A DNA stretch of 64,000 bases from contig CATNEN010000007.1 of assembly GCA_950097015.1 (NCBI GenBank), forward strand, positions 6,634,001 through 6,698,000. The letters are read 5' to 3'. The position numbers were made by a program, and so were the translations under genes. The notes beneath the pieces were generated by a model. The model had not been told where the DNA came from, did no database searches, and was given only the letters and a program-made list of their open reading frames with translations. This DNA is from Macrostomum hystrix. Its lineage: Eukaryota; Animalia; Platyhelminthes. Shown here piece after piece: positions 36,957-48,599 of the stretch (positions are counted from its first letter, which is position 1; the number at the start of each line of letters is the position of its first letter).

Positions 36957-39900
36957 ACAATGATCCCCCAGTTGACAATGATCCCCCAGTTGACAATGAT
37001 CCCCTAGTTGACAATGATCCCCCAGTTGACAATGATCCCCCAGTTGACAATGATCCCCCAGTTGACAATGATTCCCCAGTTGACAATGATCCCCTAATTG
37101 ATGATGATCAACCAGTTGACAATGATCCCCCAGTTGACAATGATCCCCTAATTGATGATGATCCCCCAGTTGACAATGATCCCCCAGTTGACAATGATTC
37201 CCCAGTTGACAATGAACCCCCATTTGACAATGATCCCCAAATTTATGATGATGATCCCCAGTTGACAATGATCCCCCAGTTGACTATGATCCCCAAGTTG
37301 ACAATGATCCCCCAGTTGACAATGATTCCCCAGTTGACAATGATCCCCTAATTGATGATGATCAACCAGTTGACAATGATCCCCCAGTTGACAATGATCC
37401 CCTAATTGATGATGATCCCCCAGTTGACAATGATCCCCCAGTTGACAATGATTCCCCAGTTGACAATGAACCCCCATTTGACAATGATCCCCAAATTTAT
37501 GATGATGATCCCCAGTTGACAATGATCCCCCAGTTGACAATGATCCCCAAGTTGACAACGATCCCCCAGTTGACAATGATCCCCCAGTTGACAATGATTC
37601 CCCAGTTGACAATGAACCCCCAGTTGACAATGATCCCCCAGTTGACAATGAACCCCCAGTTGACAATGATCCCCCAGTTGATGATGATCCTCCAGTTGAT
37701 GATGATCACCCAGTTGACAATGATCCCCCAGTTGACAAAGATCCCCCAGTTGACAAAGATCCCCTAGTTGACAATGATCCCCCAGTTGACAATGAACCCC
37801 CAGTTGACAATGATCCCTCAGTTGACAATGATTCCCCAGTTGATGATGATCCTCCAGTTGACAATGATCCCCAGTTGACAATGATCCCCCAGTGGACAAT
37901 GATCCCCCAGTTGATGATGATCCTCCAGTTGACAATGATCCCAAGTTGACAATGATCCCCCGGTTGATGATGATCCCCCAGTTGACAATGATCCCCCAGT
38001 TGACAAAGATCCCCCAGTTGACAAAGATCCCCTAGTTGACAATGATCCCCCAGTTGACAATGAACCCCCAGTTGACAATGATCCCTCAGTTGACAATGAT
38101 TCCCCAGTTGATGATGATCCTCCAGTTGACAATGATCCCCAGTTGACAATGATCCCCCAGTTGACAATGATCCCCCAGTTGATGATGATCCTCCAGTTGA
38201 CAATGATCCCAAGTTGACAATGATCCCCCAGTTGATGATGATCCCCCAGTTGACAATGATCCCCCAGTTGACAAAGATCCCCCAGTTGACAAAGATCCCC
38301 TAGTTGACAATGAACCCCCAGTTGACAATGATCCCTCAGTTGACAATGATTCCCCAGTTGATGATGATCCTCCAGTTGACAATGATCCCCAGTTGACAAT
38401 GATCCCCCAGTTGACAATGATCCCCCAGTTGATGATGATCCTCCAGTTGACAATGATCCCAAGTTGACAATGATCCCCCAGTTGATGATGATCCCCCAGT
38501 TGACAATGATCCCCCAGTTGACAAAGATCCCCCAGTTGACAAAGATCCCCCAGTTGACAATGATCCCCCAGTCGACAATGATCCCCCAGTTGACAATGAT
38601 CCCCCAGTTGACAATGATCCCCCCAGTTGACAATGATCCCCCAGTTGACAATGATCCCCCAGTTGACAATGATCCCCCAGTTGACAATGATCCCCCAGTT
38701 GACAATGAACCCCCAGTTGACAATGATCCCCCAGTTGATGATGATCCTCCAGTTGACAATGATCCCCAGTTGACAATGATTCCCCAGTTGACAATGAACC
38801 CCCAGTTGATGATGATCCTCCAGTTGACAATGATCCCCAGTTGACAATGATCCCCCAGTTGACAATGATCCCCCAGTTCATGATGACTCCCAATTGATGA
38901 TGATCCCCAGTTGATTATGCTCCCCAGTTGACAATGATCCCCCAGTTGATGATGATCACCCAGTTGACAATGATTCCCCAGTTGACAATGATCCCCTAAT
39001 TGATGATGATCACCCAGTTGACAATGATCACCCAGTTGATGATGACTCCCCATTGATGATGATCCCCAGTTGACAATGATCCCCAGTTGACAATGATCCC
39101 CCAGTTGACAATGATTCCCCAGTTGACAATGAACCCCCAGTTGACAATGATCCCCAAATTTATGATGATGATCCCCCGTTGACAATGATCCCCCAGTTGA
39201 CAATGATCCCCCAGTTGACAATAATCCCCCAGTTGATAATGATCCCCCAGTTGACAATGATCCCCCAGTTGACAATGATCCCCCAGTTGACAATGATTCC
39301 CCAGTTGACAATGAACCCCCAGTTGACAATGATCCCCCAGTTGACAATGATCCCCCAGTTGACAATGATCCCCCAGTTGACAATGAACCTCCAATTGACA
39401 ACGATCCCCCAGTTGACAATGATCCCCCAGTTGACATTGATCCCCTAGTTTACAATGATCCCCCAGTTCACAATGATCCCCCAGTTCACAATGATCCCCC
39501 AGTTGATGATGATCACCCAGTTGACAATTATCTCCCAGTTGACTATGATCCCCCATTGATGATGATCCCCAGTTGACAATGTTACCCCAGTTTACCATTA
39601 CCCCCTAGTTGATAATGAACCCCCAGTTGACAATGATCCCCCAGTTGACAATGATCCCCCAGTTGACAATGATTCCCCAGTTGACAATGAACCCCCAGTT
39701 GACAATGATCCCCCAGTTGACAATGATCTCCCAGTTGACCATGATCCCCCATTTGATGATGACTCCCAAATGATGATGATCCCCATTTGACAATGATCCC
39801 CAGTTGACCGTGATCCCCCATTTGATGATGATTCCCCAGTTGACAATTATCCCCCAGTTGACAATGATCCCCCAGTTGACAATGATCCTCCAGTTGACAA

Positions 39901-39967
39901 TGATCCCCCAGTTGACAATGATCCCCCTGTTTACCATGATCCCCCAGTTGACGATTATCCCCCAGTT
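36957..39967. repeat. 18-bp satellite (GTTGACAATGATCCCCCA)n, roughly 170 copies
   Basis: Directly visible, with 17-bp variants and block duplications. Confidence 0.98.
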
Positions 39968-42900
39968 CTGGTTTAGCCATGATTCAAAAGCTGGGTTGGC
40001 CATGATTCAAGCTCTGGTTTAGCCATGATTCTAACTCTTGTTTAGCCATGATTCAAGCTCTGGTTTAGCTTGAACTCTGGTTGGCTATGATTCAAGCTCT
40101 GTTTTAGCCATGATTCAAACGATGGGTAAGCCATGATTCAAACTCTTGTTTAGCCATGATTCAAGCTCTGGTTTAGCCATGATTCAAGCTCTGGTTTAGC
40201 CATGATTCAAGCTCTGGTTTAGCCATGATTCAAGCTCTGGTTTAGCCATGATTCAAACTCTGGTTTAGCCATTATTCAAGCTCTGGTTTAGCCATGATTT
40301 AAACTCAGGTTATAGCCATGATTCAAACTCTGGTTTAGCCATGATTCAAGCTCTGGTTTAGCCATGATTCAAGCTCTGGTTTAGCCATGATTCAAACTCT
40401 GGTTTAGCCATGATTCAAGCTCTGGTTTAGCCATGATTCAAACTCTGGTTTAGCCATGATTCAAACTCTGGTTTAGCCATGATTCAAACTCTGGTTTAGC
40501 CATGATTCAAGCTCTGGTTTAGCCATGATTCAAACTCTGGTTATAGCCATGATTCAAACTCTGGTTTAGCCATGATTCAAGCTCTGGTTTAGCCATGATT
40601 CAAGCTCTGTTTTAGCCATGATTCAAACTCTGGTTTAGCCATGATTCAAACTCCGGTTTAGCCATGATTCAAACTCGCGTTTTGCCATGATTCAAGCTCT
40701 GGTTTAGCCATGATTCAAACTCTGGTTTAGCCATGATTCAAACTCGGGTTTTGCAATGATTCAAACTCGGGTTTTGCCATGATTCAAACTCTGGTTTAGC
40801 CATGATTGAAGCTCTGTTTTAGCCATGATTCAAACTCCGGTTTAGCCATGATTCAAACTCGCGTTTTGCCATGATTCAAGCTCTGGTTTAGCCATGATTC
40901 AAACTCTGGTTTAGCCATGATTCAAACTCGGGTTTTGCAATGATTCAAGCTCGGGTTTTGCCATGATTCAAACGCTGGGTTAGCCATGATTCAAGCTCTG
41001 GTTTAGCCATGATTCAAGCTCTGGTTTAGCCATGATTCAAACTCTGGTTTAGCCATTATTCAAGCTCTGGTTTAGCCATGATTTAAACTCAGGTTATAGC
41101 CATGATTCAAACTCTGGTTTAGCCATGATTCAAGCTCTGTTTTAGCCATGATTCAAACTCTGGTTTAGCCATGATTCAAACTCCGGTTTAGCCATGATTT
41201 AAACTCGCGTTTTGCCATGATTCAAACGCTGGTTTAGCCATGATTCAAACTCGGGTTTTGCAATGATTCAAACTCGGGTTTTGCCATGATTCAAACTCTG
41301 GTTTAGCCATGATTGAAGCTCTGTTTTAGCCATGATTCAAACTCCGGTTTAGCCATGATTCAAGCTCTGGTTTAGCCATGATTCAAACTCTGGTTTAGCC
41401 ATGATTCAAACTCTGGTTTAGCCATGATTCAAACTCGGGTTTTGCAATGATTCAAGCTCGGGTTTAGCCATGATTCAAACGCTGGGTTAGCCATGATTGA
41501 AACTCTGGTTTAGCCATGATTCAAGCTCTAGTTTAGCCATGATTCAAACGCTGGGTTAGCCATGATTCAAGCTCTGGTTTAGCAATGATTGAAACTCTGG
41601 TTAGCTATGATTCAAACTCTGGTTTAGCCATGATTCAAACTCTTGTTTAGCCATGATTCAAATTCTGGTTCAGCCATGATTCAGACTCTGGTTTAGCCAT
41701 GATTCAGACTGTGGTTTAGCCATGATTCAAACTCTGGTTTAGCCATGATTCAAACTCTGGTTTAGCCATGATTCAAACTCCGGTTTAGCCATGATTCAAA
41801 CTCGCGTTTTGCCATGATTCAAGCTCTGGTTTAGCCATGATTCAAACTCTGGTTTAGCCATGATTCAAACTCGGGTTTTGCAATGATTCAAACTCGGGTT
41901 TTGCCATGATTCAAACTCTGGTTTAGCCATGATTGAAGCTCTGTTTTAGCCATGATTCAAACTCCGGTTTAGCCATGATTCAAACTCGCGTTTTGCCATG
42001 ATTCAAGCTCTGGTTTAGCCATGATTCAAACTCTGGTTTAGCCATGATTCAAACTCGGGTTTTGCAATGATTCAAGCTCGGGTTTTGCCATGATTCAAAC
42101 GCTGGGTTAGCCATGATTCAAGCTCTGGTTTAGCCATGATTCAAGCTCTGGTTTAGCCATGATTCAAACTCTGGTTTAGCCATTATTCAAGCTCTGGTTT
42201 AGCCATGATTTAAACTCAGGTTATAGCCATGATTCAAACTCTGGTTTAGCCATGATTCAAGCTCTGTTTTAGCCATGATTCAAACTCTGGTTTAGCCATG
42301 ATTCAAACTCCGGTTTAGCCATGATTTAAACTCGCGTTTTGCCATGATTCAAACGCTGGTTTAGCCATGATTCAAACTCGGGTTTTGCAATGATTCAAAC
42401 TCGGGTTTTGCCATGATTCAAACTCTGGTTTAGCCATGATTGAAGCTCTGTTTTAGCCATGATTCAAACTCCGGTTTAGCCATGATTCAAGCTCTGGTTT
42501 AGCCATGATTCAAACTCTGGTTTAGCCATGATTCAAACTCTGGTTTAGCCATGATTCAAACTCGGGTTTTGCAATGATTCAAGCTCGGGTTTAGCCATGA
42601 TTCAAACGCTGGGTTAGCCATGATTGAAACTCTGGTTTAGCCATGATTCAAGCTCTAGTTTAGCCATGATTCAAACGCTGGGTTAGCCATGATTCAAGCT
42701 CTGGTTTAGCAATGATTGAAACTCTGGTTAGCTATGATTCAAACTCTGGTTTAGCCATGATTTAAACTCTTGTTTAGCCATGATTCAAGCTCTGGTTTAG
42801 CCATGATTGAAACTCTGGTTAGCTATGATTCAAACTCTGGTTTAGCCATGATTCAAACTCTTGTTTAGCCATGATTCAAATTCTGGTTCAGCCATGATTC

Positions 42901-43010
42901 AGACTCTGGTTTAGCCATGATTCAGACTGTGGTTTAGCCATGATTCAAACTCTGGTTTAGCCATGATTCAAACTCTGGTTTAGCCATGATTCAAACTCTG
43001 GTTTAGCAAT
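39968..43010. repeat. 23-bp satellite (GTTTAGCCATGATTCAA[A/G]CTCTG)n, roughly 130 copies, with a ~1.13-kb higher-order duplication
   Basis: Directly visible. Diagnostic variants recur 1127 bp apart (e.g. 41091 and 42218). Confidence 0.98.
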
Positions 43011-44889
43011 AGGTAATTAAAAGTTTCGCCCTTGTTTTCAAAATAAAATAAAAATGAATTTGCTTTGCATCTATCACTACTGACTGACAATTAGTTTAAA
43101 TATTTGACGCAGTGAAGAGCCGAGCCAGGAACACTTCGCCTAGCCTAGCCTAACCTATTCCAAGTGCCTACACATCGGCTTCTCCGACTTGGATTGTGGA
43201 TGCAAAAATTAGCCTTATAAAATGAATTCTCAAAGTTCTGGCTTTGTACAAATAGAGTACCTTTAGGTTATGTACATTTATTTCAAATTTGTGTCCAGAT
43301 TGTTCAGGCTTCTAACTCAGTCAGCTAGGGGGGTGTTGCGCAAGTTGACGATGCAATTCCAATTCAGCGGCAGTCAGTGAAATTCTGACACGGGTGAGAA
43401 AAGCTATGATGCAATCTATTTGTAAACTCGCACTGACTGTCTAGCCAGTGGGGTTGACACAGTGAAATTCTTATCAGTGTACTCACTTTTAACAAAACTG
43501 GCCCTGATACAATCATTAGAATTGGCAGTGGTATGCACGTTGGCAAACCTGGCTCTGATGTAATGCATTAAAAATCCTATCTAAAACAGTTTTTTGAATG
43601 AAGTAAAGCTTAATAAAAATACGTGTATAATTGTCCCCATATTTGGCATCTTTGGTGAAGAAATGGTGAAAATCGGTTGAGCCGTTCGGGAGAAAATCAA
43701 TTACAAGCAAGCAAGAAGAAGATAAGTCTATATATATATATAACTTTTCACCTCTTTTTACATCTACATGTAAGTGTCATGAACATAAACCTACCTCCTA
43801 TATGGAAATAGGATAGGACGCTCCAGGTTTGTAAAGTTTTAAAGTATACCGGAGTGAGTATATAAAATGTCATGTTGAGAAATAACGATCCTCAAACACC
43901 GGAATTATGGGGATATTGTTTAGTAAGTTTTTTAAGCGTCGGTGCAAAGGTTTTTATGTAATTTTCAAAATATCACTAAGATTAGGTATTCAAAATTAGG
44001 GAATCTCCCAGTGCTTCGCTGACGAGTAGTGCTCCAAATCAGTTGCCGAATACCCCATTAGATATGATATAGTCGCATGTATAGCACTGCAAGCTTAGAA
44101 GTTACAATTATTGACATATGGATAGAGGATGAAAATGGAAATGAGTGGATTGTTTTGCTATTTATAGATATACTAATAAGATAACTAGTTCATCCTTACT
44201 GAAGAATATTAGCGTAAATGCCTCCTGCGCAAAACTAAATCAGATAAATATGGCTCGTGAACACGTTAAAACAAGACAAATGCTATTAACAAGACGTAAA
44301 CTTAGTAAGATGAATGTACCTATTATGTAGCCCAAAAAGCAATAAAAACTTAAGCTTAAACTTAAACTTAAACTTCTAATAACAGCAAGACATAATATTG
44401 ACAGAATTTTGAAGTCGTGAAGTCAAAAAGGATCGCGCGCGCCCTCCATGGTCCATGGACAGCGCGCTTTTCAGCTTAATTAAGAGTACATTTTACGAAA
44501 TACTGTTAAGGTTACTTTTGAATTCTTCAAGTAATACTCGTCGAATTGTCACTTTTAAGGTACGTACTGTAGTGCTTTCTGTTTGTATTAGATTCTTGTT
44601 TATTTATATTATCTTTAAAAGTGTAGTTCCAACTTTTAAAGCCAATTATTCGTATTGAGGTATGTAACTTAGTTTTAATAGTTAGTAATTAGCATTTTTC
44701 TATTGATGCGTTGTATTTATACTATAACAAAGTTGTAAATTATATTTTAAGCTTGTATTCTAGGTGGCTTCTCTTAGCAAAAACTCCACTCAGGTTAAGC
44801 ACTTAATGTTGGGTTCCAAAAAACTTGTAATTTAAGCCCAACAGAGCAGTCTAATCAATCCCTTCATTTAGCAATTGTATTTATAATTG

Positions 44890-45760
44890 CTAATTGATCT
44901 TCTCAAGCTTATGTAGCAGCATTCGAATGATAGGAATCAGAACAGATGTTGACTGGGCATCCTGGCTCAACTGCTCAGTTTCTTCATCAAGCAGCTCAAG
45001 TAGAGTTACTAGCCTAGCAGATATGTCAAGCTCTTTCTCAGTAAATGCCTGGAGCATTGTTCCAGAAAAAGCACTCAGCACAGCAGCAACAGCAGCATGC
45101 TGTTCATTATAGTGTTGGAGCATGTGCAGAGAAGAATTCCACCAAGTTTCCACATTTTGAATCAGTTGGTTTTTGGCCAGACCTAAAGCCTCTTGGAACT
45201 TCTGCAGCTGCACTTGGGCTGAATTCGACTGGTCATAGTGGCCTACTAGGCCCTTGAATTTTTTATGATGGTCTGTGTCAAAACTCCTTCCTTCAGGGCT
45301 TCTTTGACATAGCTGCAGAACATGATATGCATAGGAGGCACCAGGAACTTCTGGACAGGCTGGCTCTCCACTGTGATTATTTGTACAATAAGCCTATCTA
45401 TAGCATGGCTGGATGAGTTATTTTTATCCCATGGCTTATTGTCACAAAATATAGTGTCAATTTTGGCTTGCTTTGATATAGGAGCACAAGGTTCCAGATG
45501 TGAAACCTTGTCCCTGTTGGCACCACTAGCGTTATGGCCACTGTTTGCAGCACCAGCATTGTTGTTATTGCTTGTAGTTGATACTTGTGGACCTTGCGCA
45601 GTCTTAGCCTTTTCTTCTTTCTTCAAATTGTCATACACACAAACATGTTTGTTTTGTAAATGCCTCCACAGCCAAGTAGTAGAAGAACTTATTGTTTTCA
45701 ATTCTGCCTTGCATGACAGGCAGATTGCAGCTTCCTTAATAAACACCATTGAAGTGATTC
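44890..45760 (-). pseudogene. hAT transposase relic (BED finger plus insertion-domain motif)
   Basis: AICLSCKAELK..SSTTWLWRHLQNKH is a BED finger. LIQNVETWWNSSLHML matches hAT LIQDVxTRWNSTxxML. The central part is deleted. Confidence 0.85.
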
Positions 45761-47866
45761 TAGATAGGATTGTCCATGCTCATACAGACAAGCACAATAT
45801 ATGCTTAGCACATATAGTATAATTCTATTTTATATTTATTATCAATGTGAACTGAAATAATAAAAATATAGCTATAATAAGGTTAAAGATGTAAAACATT
45901 ACATTTCTTGACTAGAAAATAGAAGGCCATTGGCTCATGAATGTTTTTTATTTAATTTCTTTATACTCACCAATTACAATTAGTGATTCAGTATATTAGT
46001 ACTTTGCTGTTGCCCTAGCTAGATAGCTAGTGAATAGTTTTACGTGTTGATAAGACACACAAAACTCCCACTTCTAGAATCTAGACAATAGGGAACAATT
46101 GCCTAGGAATTTATAATAGTCATGTGACACTTACTGCAATTGCTTCTTATTCCTTATGTATTTTGTAGTCTTCTGGGTCCTTGTAGTCCAGTAGTTCTCT
46201 TTGTTCTGGTCGACCATGAGGTTGCAAGTGTGTGTCTTGTGTGTTTCTTGAGTCTTGTAGTCTTGTCTTCTTTTGTCTTCCTGGCAGCTGCTTGAATTTG
46301 TCTGTTGGCCAATAAATGACAAGAGCGAATCAGATTACTTGTCGGTTTCCTCAAGCTCCGAATTCACAGTAGAAACGTGTGCCCTAGTGAACAATTGAAA
46401 TCTCTCTTGTGTCTCTAATAGGTCCTCCTGAAGGGTGTCTTCTTCGTTACCTCTGAAAGATAACAGATAACTCAAATCAATCAATCAATAATCCTCTAGG
46501 AATGTATCCTAGGAAACAAGGAGGCCTTTCTCAATGTATTGACAATATGTGGCTCTCTTAAACTTAGTTCAATTCAACAACTATTGCTAGCAATAAATAA
46601 CTCTGTCTAGTAAAGTGCTTATCACTTGTCTTTCCCTCAGAGATGAGTCTTCTTCTTCGTAAGATGTTTTGAAGTCCAGTAGACTGCCCCAAGTCTGAAT
46701 TTTCAGCTTGGATTTTCGCTTGTATTTATAGTAAAATTTTGGGGAAAAACCAGTTCTATTACCGGGTGTTTACTTTGGTCACATAAATTTGTTTAGTGAT
46801 TGTGAGTTTTACCATATTTGGAATATTATGTAAATGATGCAAAAACCGATGAGTCATAATTGTTTGTTTTACTATATTTAAATTTAAAGCAAATACAGCT
46901 GTCAAAAACCAGTTCTCTGGTTTCATGTCACATGTCTTTGTTTCTAAAAATAACACATGACTCATTCCTAAAAATGGACTAAACATTCTATCTAAGGTTT
47001 CCTTCTGATATTACTTAATGTAGTGCGTTTAAGCAAATTGAATATTTTACTACTTCCTACTATATTTTCCTTTTTTACAAAAAAAATTCATCTGAATTTA
47101 AATTATTAAGGGGAAAAGAAAATGACTTTGATGAGTATAGAATTGCATAACAAGAATAGGGTAGCATCATGTATTGACACTATCAGGACTAGGTGAAATT
47201 GGTATAGGTACATATGGGTAGACATTAAACACAAATGGATTATATAATTGGTGTGAGTAGTTGATAAAATGTTCGTGAAAAGGAACTAATAGTTTGAGAA
47301 GAGATGCGTAACAATTTTGGCATTGTATTGGTTAACATAAGGGATTGATAAACATGGGGATGTGTAATTGTTTTAAATAAGCAATGAATAAAGGGTCTGT
47401 TTGTTTTACTATTTTATGCTAATAAAATTGTTACTCATTCAAGGCTGAATTGTTGCCAGATAAATTCATGTACTTGGGCTTGAATTTTTACCATTAGTTT
47501 GGCTATTGGCCAAAATAGTTTATATAGTTGTAGGTAGGCTGGATCTTCAGTATGCTCGAGGATATAGAGGTAGGCCTCTGTATCTGTGATAATTTCGGCT
47601 TGGTGTGTCAGGTGCTTGCCCAGTTGAAATAAATATCACTGATGTTGTTGGCATCACAGTGGTGTTGGTCACATCTTTATTGCCATCAGTAATTCATAAG
47701 GCTCCATGTCACTGATACAGGTGTTAGTCGTACCATAGCCAAGGATTCCTCCAGCAGCCGTAGGAAGCAATTGGGGCATTTGTTGATAATTCAACTGCTG
47801 AGTGTCTCTAGGCAGGCGAGGCAGCTCCAGTGTCTATTGTCACAAATTTGTATTTGTGGTTGGTTA

Positions 47867-48331
47867 CTACAAATGAGACAGTGGACCCTGTCTTGATGGC
47901 ATATTGGGCATATTAGGTTGCCACTGCCAGTTTGCCAATTCAACTTTTAGAAGTTGAATTATCTTGTTAGAGGAAAAAAGAGTATAGGTTAATGGACAAA
48001 GTTGGCAACCATAATTTGGTTTAATGCACACAAGTTTGTTACAAATCATGAATGGTGGTGTATTATTACTAACAGGACATTGGAAAATGGCTCAATAGGC
48101 AAACTTCTTCATGCATTGCGGACACATGAAATGTTGGTTTTGACAGTATTGTACAGTTTGTCATGAGTTACATATCATACATTGGTGGAGATTTCCATGG
48201 CACAGAGGACAGTTTTTAAATGTTTTTTTGTAGTGTGCAAGGCTTAAGCAAGAACTGCAAACATAGTGTTTATTGACACATACACATGGTAGTTTAAATG
48301 AGAATTCTTAAAGACAAACAGGACAGTCCAT
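47867..48331 (-). pseudogene. Tandem RING-finger ORF downstream of the Gypsy integrase (3 in-frame stops)
   Basis: Manual translation: MDCPVCL*EF...CVNKHYVCSSC...CPLC, then CMIC...YCQNQHFMCPQC...QCPV. It is in frame with ORF 47867-48049. Confidence 0.7.
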
Positions 48332-48599
48332 GGTAGTGTTTGTGAATATTGTGTGGGTGTTTGCAGAGAGCAGAGGTTTAGTTGCCTTTTACCACAAGGT
48401 TGAGAAGCTGTAGTGCTATTCTTAATCCCGGTCTACAGGGGCAACAATAAATAGTAATTTAACGAGGGTGTAGTTTATATGTATGAGTATTGGTAGTGTG
48501 TTTGTGGTTTGTGTCTTGGCATGTGCTGTTGTAATGTCCTTGTTTGTTGTTTTTGTGTGGTCTGGATTCTGTAACGTTGGAAGGAAATAGGAATGTAGT

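Larger units (their letters stand above)
36864..43742 (-). mobile_element. Non-autonomous Helitron C, ~6.9 kb, ~6 kb of which is satellite DNA
   Basis: 3' hairpin plus CTAG|T at 36864. The 5' region shares AAATCGGTTGAGCCGTTCGGGAGAAAATCAATT and flanking sequence with Helitron A. The terminal TC is not evident; the element ends in (TA)n. Confidence 0.75.

Noticed and set aside
36939-43010. CRISPR-like array, or real genes from the long repetitive ORFs
   Set aside because: Monomers are contiguous with no unique spacers and no cas genes. The ORFs arise because 18 is divisible by 3, and they shift frame at 17-bp units.
46123-46932. LTR bounded by TGTGACA...TGTCACA
   Set aside because: LTR-like, but no TSD, partner LTR or clear adjacent PPT was found, so the boundaries are unsupported.
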